A stretch of 64,000 nucleotides of DNA from Thermoanaerobaculia bacterium (lineage in GTDB: Bacteria > Acidobacteriota > Thermoanaerobaculia > Multivoradales > Multivoraceae): NCBI GenBank assembly GCA_022826745.1, contig JAJDUI010000006.1:71015-135014 (forward strand). Direction: 5' to 3'. Below are positions 33,402 through 41,070 of the stretch, one piece after another. The notes under the pieces were generated by a model, which saw only the letters and a list, made by a program, of their open reading frames with translations, ran no database searches and was not told the DNA's origin. The first letter of the stretch is position 1. Each line of letters starts with the position of its first letter. The position numbers were made by a program, and so were the translations under genes.

Positions 33402-35629
33402 CTCTGGCTGGCGCGGGCACTCCGAAGAACGACCTGGAAGAGAGGTTTGCCGGCCTCGGACGCCTCGTGCGATGCCTGATGGTCGGCCTCGTCGTGGCCG
33501 CGGCCTCTGCGGGAGCGGGGCTCGGACAGGAAGTGGTTCTTGAGATCCACGAGATTCAGGGCCGCGGGCTGTCCAGTCCCCGGGCGGGCGCGCTGGTCAC
33601 GACCAACGACAACGTCGTCACCGCCGTCGGCGCCGGCGGCTTCTTCATCCAGACCCCGTCCGCTCGCAGTGACGGTGATGCCGACACATCGGACGGCGTC
33701 TTCGTTCTGCACGACGGCACGCCTCCCGTCGATGTCGGCGACCGGGTTGACGTTACCGGTGAGGTCGAAGAGTTCTTCGGCTTCACGCGGATCGACGCGA
33801 CGGTCGCCGCCGGCACGGTCAGCATCGAGGCAAGCAACCAGGCGTTGCCCGCTGCGGTGGAGTTCAACGACTCTCGACCGTCTCCGGACCCCGCACGTCC
33901 GAGTTGCCGGAGGGAGTACGAGTGCTACGAGGGCATGCGCATCCGGATCGCGACCGGGACCGTGTCCAGCGGCAGTCAGCACTTCGGCTCGGACCCGGTG
34001 GCCGAGATGTACGTCACGCCGACCTCTTCGCGCGGCTTCCGCGAGCCCGGTATCGAGTATCCGGGTCGACCGGGTCTTCCGGTCTGGGACGGGAACCCGG
34101 AGGTGTTCGAACTCGACCCCGACAAGCTCGGCTTGCCGAACGTGTCCTGGGTTCCGGGCACTACGTTCACCGCGACGGGCGTGCTCGGATACGAGTTCGG
34201 CGGGTACGAGATGTGGCCGACCGAGTTGACGGTCCGAACCGAGGCGGCCAACCTGCCGCGGGCCGTGCGCGCGAAGAAGCCGGGCGAGATCACGGTGGCC
34301 TCGCAGAATCTCCTGAATCTGCGCGGGGGAGCGGGCGCGACCAAGCTGGCCAAGTTGTCGCGCCTCGTGCGCGAGGTGCTCCGTTCGCCCGACATCGTCG
34401 CCGTGCAGGAGGTGGGCGGCCGGACCGCGCTCCAGAACCTGGCCGCGCGCATCCGGACCGACGACTCCAATGTGCGCTACACGGCCCATCTCGAGGCGCC
34501 GGGCAGCTCCCAGTCCGTGGGTTTCCTCGTGCGCTCCGGCGTGACGGTCGGGCGGGTGACCGAACACGGCCGAAGCGAGACCTTCGTGGATCCCCGGGAC
34601 GGGACCGTCGACCGGCTTCACGACCGGCCGCCGGTCGTGCTCGAAGCGACGGCGGGCGGTCTGGCGTTCTCGGTCGTAGCGGTCCACAACCGCTCGCTGA
34701 TCGATGTCGACGACGCGGCCCGCGGAGAGTGGGTTCGCACGAAGCGCCTGGAGCAGGCGCAGTCCGTGGCGCGGCTCGTCGAGTCGCTTCAGGACTCCAG
34801 GGTGATCGTCCTGGGCGACTTCAACGCTTTCCAGTTCACCGACGGCTACGTCGACGTCGTGGGCCAGATCAGGGGGCGCGTCACCCCGGACGAGAACCTG
34901 ATGTCCGGTCCCGACCTCGTCACCAGGGATCTCTGCAACCTGATCGACCGTGTGCCGGACGCCGAGAGGTACTCGTTCATCTTTGGCGGCAACGCCCAGG
35001 CCCTGGACCACGCGCTGGTGAACCAGTCCCTGGAACGGCACGTCGTGGAGATGCAGTTCGCACGCGGCAACGCGGATGCCGCGGAGGGCAACGAAGACGA
35101 TCCGACGAACGCACTCTACGCCGCGGATCACGACGGCCTGGTCGTGTACCTGTCACCCGAAGCGAAACCGCCGGTGGAGCCTTCGCCGTGCGAGGCTGCG
35201 GACACCGGTTCGCCGCCCGACCCCGATCCAGACCCCGATCCGGATCCGGACCCGGACCGCGATCCGCCGGCAGTGGCCGACTGCAGCCACGACGATGTCC
35301 TGTGTCTGGGCCACTTCGATGTCCAGATCGAGTGGCGTACGTCCGACGGCAGGAGCGGCCGTGGCATGGCCGAGAAGCTGACCGCCGAGAGCGGGTACTT
35401 CTGGTTCTTCGAAGCGGCGAACATCGAGATGGTCATCAAGGTGCTGGACGGCTGTGCGATCGACGGCCACTTCTGGGTCTTCGCTGCCGGTCTGACCGAC
35501 GTCGAGGTGACGACGACAGTTCACGACCGGAGGAACGGCGCCCGCAAGACGTGGGTGAGTCCCCTGGGGCGGCTGTTCGAGCCGATCAGGGACACGGGGA
35601 CGTTCGACGGCTGTGAGGACCGCCGGTAA
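33398..35629 (+). CDS. ExeM/NucH-family extracellular endonuclease (OB/LTD-like N-terminal module plus endonuclease-exonuclease-phosphatase domain), with a (PD)n linker and an extra C-terminal roughly 130-aa Cys-containing domain.
   Basis: LEIHEIQGRGLSSPRAG...VTAVGAGGFFIQ is typical of ExeM/NucH N-termini. The EEP body includes VAVQEV and LGDFN. The segment PDPDPDPDPDPDRDP is followed by CSHDDVLCLGHFDVQIEWR...GYFWFFEAANIEMVIKVLDGC. It shows a 4-nt overlap with the TPR gene. Confidence 0.8.
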   Translation: MTLAGAGTPKNDLEERFAGLGRLVRCLMVGLVVAAASAGAGLGQEVVLEIHEIQGRGLSSPRAGALVTTNDNVVTAVGAGGFFIQTPSARSDGDADTSDGVFVLHDGTPPVDVGDRVDVTGEVEEFFGFTRIDATVAAGTVSIEASNQALPAAVEFNDSRPSPDPARPSCRREYECYEGMRIRIATGTVSSGSQHFGSDPVAEMYVTPTSSRGFREPGIEYPGRPGLPVWDGNPEVFELDPDKLGLPNVSWVPGTTFTATGVLGYEFGGYEMWPTELTVRTEAANLPRAVRAKKPGEITVASQNLLNLRGGAGATKLAKLSRLVREVLRSPDIVAVQEVGGRTALQNLAARIRTDDSNVRYTAHLEAPGSSQSVGFLVRSGVTVGRVTEHGRSETFVDPRDGTVDRLHDRPPVVLEATAGGLAFSVVAVHNRSLIDVDDAARGEWVRTKRLEQAQSVARLVESLQDSRVIVLGDFNAFQFTDGYVDVVGQIRGRVTPDENLMSGPDLVTRDLCNLIDRVPDAERYSFIFGGNAQALDHALVNQSLERHVVEMQFARGNADAAEGNEDDPTNALYAADHDGLVVYLSPEAKPPVEPSPCEAADTGSPPDPDPDPDPDPDPDRDPPAVADCSHDDVLCLGHFDVQIEWRTSDGRSGRGMAEKLTAESGYFWFFEAANIEMVIKVLDGCAIDGHFWVFAAGLTDVEVTTTVHDRRNGARKTWVSPLGRLFEPIRDTGTFDGCEDRR
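35215..35265 (+). repeat. Low-complexity (CCSGAY)n microsatellite-like tract encoding a Pro-Asp linker inside the nuclease gene.
   Basis: The DNA cccgaccccgatccagaccccgatccggatccggacccggaccgcgatccg encodes PDPDPDPDPDPDPDRDP. Confidence 0.5.
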
Positions 35630-35660
35630 CATCGCGCGGTTCCAGACGGGAGGTGGCAGT

Positions 35661-36692
35661 GTGTTGAAGGCGGTTCAGTTGGGCCAGAAGAGCGGGCTCC
35701 GCGTGTCCGAGCTGTGCCTGGGGACGATGAACTTCGGTGAGCCGGGTCGTGGCCACCAGGGCGACTGGACGCTCGACATCGACGCCTCGCGGCCGATCTT
35801 TCAGGCCGCCATCGAGCGTGGCCTCTTCTACTTCGACTGCGCGGACATCTACGGCATCGGCGCCTGCGAGCGGGTGGTCGGCTCCCTGCTGCGCGAGCTG
35901 TTGCCGCGCGACGAGTACGTCATAGCGACCAAGGTCTCCATGCCGATGGGTCGGTCGCCGAACCAGGGCGGCCTGTCCCGCAAGCACGTCATGGAAGGCG
36001 TCGACGGCTGCCTGGAGCGCCTGGGGCTCGACTACATCGACCAGTTGATCATCCACCGCCACCCTCATGGCATTCCCGGTCAGGTGAAGGCGCCGATCGA
36101 GGAGACGCTGGAGGCGCTGCACGACGTGGTCAAGGCCGGCAAGGCGCTCTACCTGGGCGCGTCGTCCATGTTCGCGTGGCAGTTCACTGAACTCCAGATG
36201 ACGGCGCGGCAGAACGGCTGGACCGAGTTCGTGTCGATGCAGAACCACTACAACCTGGTCTACCGCGAGGAAGAGCGGGAGATGAATCCGTACTGCGCCC
36301 GGACCGGCGTGGCTCTGACGCCCTGGTCGCCGCTGGCGCGCGGCATCCTGACCGGCTCCTACCGGGGCGGCTTCGACGAGGGCGGCACGGACCGTTCGAA
36401 GGGCGGCGACCGGGCGCGCACGGAGATGCTCTACCGCGGCGCGGCCACCTTCGACATCGCCGACCGGGTGGTCGAGATTGCCGGGAAGTACGGCCGCACG
36501 CCGGCCCAGATCTCGCTCGCCTGGCTGGTGAACAAGCCTGAGGTCACATCGCCCGTGGTCGGCGTGTCGAAGATCTCCCAGATCGAGCAGCTCGTCGATG
36601 CGACGGCGATCGAACTCGACGCCGAGGACGTCGCCTATCTGGAGGAGCTCTACCAGCCGGTGGAGAACCTGCTGTCGCTCGGTCACTCCTGA
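35661..36692 (+). CDS. Aldo/keto reductase.
   Basis: A GTG start gives MLKAVQLGQKSGLRVSELCLGTMNFG, the classic AKR N-terminus. The track's longer start overlaps the nuclease gene. Confidence 0.85.
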   Translation: MLKAVQLGQKSGLRVSELCLGTMNFGEPGRGHQGDWTLDIDASRPIFQAAIERGLFYFDCADIYGIGACERVVGSLLRELLPRDEYVIATKVSMPMGRSPNQGGLSRKHVMEGVDGCLERLGLDYIDQLIIHRHPHGIPGQVKAPIEETLEALHDVVKAGKALYLGASSMFAWQFTELQMTARQNGWTEFVSMQNHYNLVYREEEREMNPYCARTGVALTPWSPLARGILTGSYRGGFDEGGTDRSKGGDRARTEMLYRGAATFDIADRVVEIAGKYGRTPAQISLAWLVNKPEVTSPVVGVSKISQIEQLVDATAIELDAEDVAYLEELYQPVENLLSLGHS

Positions 36693-36854
36693 GCGGCGTC
36701 CCCGCGCGGACGGCACGCGTTGCCGATACGGCGGCGGGACGCCGCTGGGGCTCAGCCCGAAGCGCTATGATCGGCGCCGGTCTTCGCGCTCTGACAGTCA
36801 GTGGGGGAAACCCGGTTGCAGCATCGCGCCTATCCAGGAATCGGCGGGGCAGTG

Positions 36855-38654
36855 ATGGCCGCTTGTGCGCTCGTGTTCGCGACGGCGGTGCTCGGTGCCC
36901 CGGTGGACTCGGCGGGCCATACCTGGACCGGCGATCTGGAACCTCTGGCCGAAGCGGACTTCGGCTACGAACAGGCTGCGCATCTGCTGGAACGGGCCGG
37001 TTTCGGCGGCACGCCGGCGGAGATCGAGGAACTCGTGTCACTCGGGCTCGAGGGCGCGGTCGCCCGGCTCGTCGACTACGAGGCGATGGACGACTCGGCG
37101 CTTGCGTCGTTCGACCAATCCGGGATCTGGGATCCCGGCATGGACCCGTTCCCGCCCAGCCGGGCGGCGGCGGTGCGGCGGGCGCGGCGCCACGGACGGT
37201 CACTCGGCGTCGATGTCCTCCCCGAGGGTTCGTCGCGGCCGATCCAGCCGGTCGTCGACAAGTTCTTCTACGGACTCCGGAGCAACGTGCTGGAGACACG
37301 GCGGCTGGCGCTGTGGTGGGCCGACCGGATGGTGGTGACGCCGCGGCCGCTCGAAGAGAAGATGACCCTCTTCTGGCACGACCACTTCGCGACGTCGGAG
37401 GTCAAGGTCCGCGACGCCCGGAAGATGCACGTGCAGAACCGGACCCTGCGCAGTCATGCCACGGCGGACTTCAAGAGCCTGGTGCTCGCGGTCATGCGCG
37501 ATCCCGCGATGCTCGTCTACCTGGACAACCGGGAGAACGTGAAGGACCACCCGAACGAGAACTTCGGCCGGGAGCTGCTCGAACTGTTCACGATGGGAGT
37601 CGGCAACTACACGGAGCAGGACATCCGGGAGGCGTCGCGGGCGTTCACCGGCTGGACGAACGACGTGCTCGACTTCCGGTTCGACGCCGAACTCCACGAC
37701 GACGGCCCGAAGACCTTCCTGGGGCGTGAGGGCAACCTGGGCGGCGAGGAAGTGCTCGACATCATCCTCGAGCAGCCGGCGACCGGCGAGTTCATCGCCG
37801 GCAAGGTCTACCGCTACCTCGTGCGGGAAGAGCTCGACCCGGCGCTCCAGGCCGAGCTGGGCGGTCGCCTGCGCGAATCCGGGTACGAACTGAAGGCGCT
37901 GCTGCGGACGATCCTCTCCTCGCGCGACTTCTACAGCCCACCGTCGGTCGCCACCCAGATCAAGAGTCCGGTCGCGCTGTTCGTCTCGACCTACCGCAAG
38001 CTCGGCGTGCCGAAGGCGCCCACGGTGCCCGACATGAACAGCCTCGCGGGCCGCCTGGGCCAGCAACTGCTCTACCCGCCGAACGTGGCCGGCTGGGCCG
38101 GCGGACGGACCTGGATCACGCCGGCGACGTTGCTCGAGCGCGGCAACGCGATGCGCTCGGTTCTCTTCCCGCCCACCCTCGAGGAGTTCGGCCATCCGGA
38201 TCGGCGGATGCCCGGGATCTACCGCCAGGTCGGCGAGCGGTTGGCGCGGGGGATGACGATCACGGCGGCGACCAAGCAGGGCGACGCCGCGTCCAACACG
38301 CTGGCGGACGCGGACGAGGAGTACAACACCCGATACGGCGGCTATCGCGGCTACGTCGTGGCCTACGAACGGGTCAAGCTCGTGCCGCGCCACGTCCTCG
38401 ACGTCGACGTACGGGACCTGGTGCTGGCGGCCGGCGCCACCGACGCCGAGGGAGCGGTCGACCACCTTCTGCACCGGTTCCTGCGCGTTCCGCTGACCGG
38501 GCAGGGGCGCGCGGCGCTGGTTCGGCATCTCGAACGCGAACTGGAGTCGACCGGTCTGGAGGCACGAGGCCCGGGCGCGCCGGAGAAAGTCGAGGAAGCG
38601 CTACGCTCGACGCTCTACCTCGTCTTCAGTTCGCCCGAGTACCAGTTGGGATAG
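36855..38654 (+). CDS. DUF1800-domain protein.
   Basis: This is a roughly 600-aa protein of the family usually paired with DUF1501 proteins. There is a signal peptide, and the start is at ATG 36855. Confidence 0.7.
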   Translation: MAACALVFATAVLGAPVDSAGHTWTGDLEPLAEADFGYEQAAHLLERAGFGGTPAEIEELVSLGLEGAVARLVDYEAMDDSALASFDQSGIWDPGMDPFPPSRAAAVRRARRHGRSLGVDVLPEGSSRPIQPVVDKFFYGLRSNVLETRRLALWWADRMVVTPRPLEEKMTLFWHDHFATSEVKVRDARKMHVQNRTLRSHATADFKSLVLAVMRDPAMLVYLDNRENVKDHPNENFGRELLELFTMGVGNYTEQDIREASRAFTGWTNDVLDFRFDAELHDDGPKTFLGREGNLGGEEVLDIILEQPATGEFIAGKVYRYLVREELDPALQAELGGRLRESGYELKALLRTILSSRDFYSPPSVATQIKSPVALFVSTYRKLGVPKAPTVPDMNSLAGRLGQQLLYPPNVAGWAGGRTWITPATLLERGNAMRSVLFPPTLEEFGHPDRRMPGIYRQVGERLARGMTITAATKQGDAASNTLADADEEYNTRYGGYRGYVVAYERVKLVPRHVLDVDVRDLVLAAGATDAEGAVDHLLHRFLRVPLTGQGRAALVRHLERELESTGLEARGPGAPEKVEEALRSTLYLVFSSPEYQLG

Positions 38655-38665
38655 GGGACTTCCTC

Positions 38666-39922
38666 ATGGCTGAACGACTACCTTGCGGCTGTTCGCGGCG
38701 CGATTTCCTGCACCGCGGCCTCCTTGGACTCGGCGTCGCCGCCGGTCTGCCGGCGGTTCTCGGTCGCACGTCCGCGGCGCTCGCGCTCGAGGAACTGCGG
38801 TCCGGCGTCTCCGACGCGTCGGGGCGCACTCTGGTCGTCGTCGAACTCTCCGGCGGCAACGACGGCCTGAACACGGTCATCCCCTTCCGCAACGACGAGT
38901 ACTACCGGGTGCGCCCGAACCTGGGCATCCGCCCGAAGCGGGCGATCGCGCTCACGGAGGAGGTCGGGTTCCATCCCTCGCTCGTCGGCATGGAGGGCCT
39001 GTACAAGGACGGGAACCTGGCGGTCGTCCAGGGCTGCGGCTACCCGAACCCGAGCCTGTCCCACTTCTCGTCGATGGGCTTCTGGCACACGGGCGTCCCG
39101 AACGGCGGCGAGGCGCTCGGCTGGCTCGGCCGCCTCGCCGACGATCACGGGCCGGACGGCACTCCCAACTACATCGTCAACGTGGCCAGTTCGCAGTCGC
39201 TTGCCGTGCGCGCCGCCCGGCACTCGCCGCTGGTCTTCGACGACCCGGGGCGTCTCCGCCGCCAGGGGACGGAGAGTGAGAAGCACGCGCTGGAGCAGTT
39301 CGGCACCGACGACGCCAGCGGCAACGACGCCCTCGACTTCCTCCGCGGCACGGCCTCGAACGCGGCCTCGAGCGCGGCACTCGTCCGCGACGCCTGGTCG
39401 GGCTACCGCACGCCGGTGGACTACGGCATCGGCGGTCTAGGCGCCGACCTGCGCAAGGTCGCCGCCCTGATCCAGGCCGAACTGCCGACCCGCATCTACT
39501 ACGTCAGCTTCCGCGGCAACTCCTTCGACACCCACGTCCACCAGGCCGACACCCACGCCAGGCTGCTGATGTACATGTCCGACGCGGTCGCCGGCTTCCT
39601 GCGCGACGTCGAGCGCATCGGCCGCGCCGACGACGTGGCGGTGCTCATGTTCACCGAGTTCGGCCGGCGGGTCGAGGAGAACGCGAGTCTCGGCACCGAC
39701 CACGGCACCGCCGGCCCGATGTTCGTCGCCGGCAAGGGCGTCGCGGGAGGCTTCTACGGCGACACACCGAGCCTCACCGACCTCGACGACGGCAACCTGA
39801 AGATGACGACCGACTTCCGGCGGGTCTACGCGTCCATGATCGAGGGCTGGATGGGCATGCACGACGCCTCCGCCGTCCTCAAAGGCGAGTTCCCCGCTCT
39901 GCCGGTCTTCGGCCCGACGTAG
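38666..39922 (+). CDS. DUF1501-domain protein (sulfatase-like fold) with a Tat signal.
   Basis: A twin-arginine motif RRDFLHRGLLGLGVAAGLPAVLG is present. It lies 11 nt downstream of the DUF1800 gene. Confidence 0.8.
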   Translation: MAERLPCGCSRRDFLHRGLLGLGVAAGLPAVLGRTSAALALEELRSGVSDASGRTLVVVELSGGNDGLNTVIPFRNDEYYRVRPNLGIRPKRAIALTEEVGFHPSLVGMEGLYKDGNLAVVQGCGYPNPSLSHFSSMGFWHTGVPNGGEALGWLGRLADDHGPDGTPNYIVNVASSQSLAVRAARHSPLVFDDPGRLRRQGTESEKHALEQFGTDDASGNDALDFLRGTASNAASSAALVRDAWSGYRTPVDYGIGGLGADLRKVAALIQAELPTRIYYVSFRGNSFDTHVHQADTHARLLMYMSDAVAGFLRDVERIGRADDVAVLMFTEFGRRVEENASLGTDHGTAGPMFVAGKGVAGGFYGDTPSLTDLDDGNLKMTTDFRRVYASMIEGWMGMHDASAVLKGEFPALPVFGPT

Positions 39923-39929
39923 GCCAGAC

Positions 39930-40574
39930 CTACCGAATCTCGACGTAGCGGGCGAGCCGCTCCACCTCGTCGTCGTCGACGTACTTGCCGATCTCCCGAC
40001 GGAACTGGACCATCGCTTCGTAGGGCCGGTACTCCTCGAACTCGTGCCGCATGCGGCGGCCGACGCCGGGGATGCTGAGGATGTCGTCGCCCGAGGCGGT
40101 GTTCAGGTCGATGCGGACGTAAACGTACTGGGCGAGGCGGGCGACCTCGTCGTCGTCGACGTACTTGCCGATCTCGCGGTGGAACTGGGCCAGCGCGGTG
40201 TAGGGGCGGTACTCCTCGAACTCGTGGGTCATCCGCCGTCCGACGCCGGGGATCAGCCCTATCTCCTCCGAGGTCGCGTCGTTCAGGTCGATGGGGACCC
40301 AGATCGCGCCGTAGACCGCGTCGAGGCCGTCCTCGGCGACGTGAGCGGACACGACGGCGTGAAGGTCGGCGGCACGCAGGAAGGGCCGCCCTTCGAGGAT
40401 GGCCGCGACCGCGTCACCGTCGAGGTCGTCGACTGCGGAGAGTTGCTCCTCGCTGGCGAGGTTGGGGTTGAGAAGACCGTGGTTGGCGCCGACCTGAGCC
40501 GTGGCAGGCAGGGCGGAAAGGAACAGGACTGTCGTGGTCCACATTAGGGCCGAGCGCTTCATCTGGAGATTCAT
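39930..40574 (-). CDS. Secreted helix-hairpin-helix (ComEA-like) repeat protein with an internal 60-aa tandem duplication.
   Basis: There is a signal peptide. Two units, IDLN(D/T)A(T/S)xxx(I/L)xxIPGVGRRMxHEFEEYRPY..., contain HhH-like LIPGVG motifs. The start was trimmed to ATG 40574. Confidence 0.6.
   Translation of the reverse strand: MNLQMKRSALMWTTTVLFLSALPATAQVGANHGLLNPNLASEEQLSAVDDLDGDAVAAILEGRPFLRAADLHAVVSAHVAEDGLDAVYGAIWVPIDLNDATSEEIGLIPGVGRRMTHEFEEYRPYTALAQFHREIGKYVDDDEVARLAQYVYVRIDLNTASGDDILSIPGVGRRMRHEFEEYRPYEAMVQFRREIGKYVDDDEVERLARYVEIR
39933..40292 (-). repeat. Intragenic tandem duplication: 2 x 180 bp at about 75% identity within the HhH gene.
   Basis: The motif cctcgtcgtcgtcgacgtacttgccgatctc...gtactcctcgaactcgtg...cgacgccggggat occurs twice about 180 nt apart, matching the two 60-aa protein repeats. 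Confidence 0.55.
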
Positions 40575-40591
40575 CCTCTTGTCGCTTCTTG

Positions 40592-41065
40592 CTAGTTGTG
40601 CGGGGCGGCAGGTTCCGCCGCGTCGCCGTCGGACGACGGGGCAGCGGATCTGCCGGCCGCTGGGTGCTGGAGGCAAACGAGTATACCGAGCAAGCCGAGC
40701 GAGATCATCGCTCCTGGGGCCAAGGTCGGCATCGCGCCTCCCAGGCTCTCACTGACGAGTTCGATTCCGCTCGAGTTCGGATGGAGTTCCTGCTCGAACT
40801 CGACGTTCGACTGGAAGTGGAAGTAGACGCCCAGCAGGCCGGCTGGGACGTAGGCGGCCAGCAGAATCCGGAAGATCCGAACTGCCCCCTGGGAAGGACG
40901 CATAGCCAGCCAAACGCCAGCAGCCGTACCGGCGATCAGTAGCACCACCGGGATCCACTGCCTCCAGTCGACGTAGTGGTCCAGCAGATACAACTCCGCC
41001 AGCAGACCCACCGCCCCGAAGAGCAGGATGTACAGCAGGTACCGCCGCCAGGTCTCGATACTCAC
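40592..41065 (-). CDS. Small 4-TM membrane protein (about 157 aa) encoded 5 nt downstream of PQQ-ADH number 2.
   Basis: A GTG start at 41065 gives MSIETWRRYLLYILLFGAVGLLAELYLLDHYVDW... with four hydrophobic helices and conserved His residues. It is the only protein-like part of the spurious track ORF 40592..43366. Confidence 0.45.
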   Translation of the reverse strand: MSIETWRRYLLYILLFGAVGLLAELYLLDHYVDWRQWIPVVLLIAGTAAGVWLAMRPSQGAVRIFRILLAAYVPAGLLGVYFHFQSNVEFEQELHPNSSGIELVSESLGGAMPTLAPGAMISLGLLGILVCLQHPAAGRSAAPSSDGDAAEPAAPHN

Positions 41066-41070
41066 GTCGC

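Noticed and set aside
36693-36800. GC-rich inverted repeat (gcggcgtccc...gggacgccgc) after the aldo/keto reductase gene as a third MITE copy.
   Set aside because: The ends and internal sequence do not match the ccgga...gagggtc...tccgg family. It is more likely a simple terminator-like hairpin.
9116-38528. Other long GC-frame ORFs: 9116..10816(-), 16317..18398(-), 17174..18601(+), 18554..20404(-), 18724..20148(+), 23314..25404(+), 23840..24652(-), 26643..27794(-), 27666..28526(+), 28303..29283(+), 30091..32259(+), 30554..32452(-), 32161..33188(-), 33356..35131(-), 33904..35616(+), 35586..36716(-), 36767..37729(+), 37200..38528(-).
   Set aside because: Same reason: low-complexity R/P/G/A-rich products overlapping confidently identified genes in another frame.
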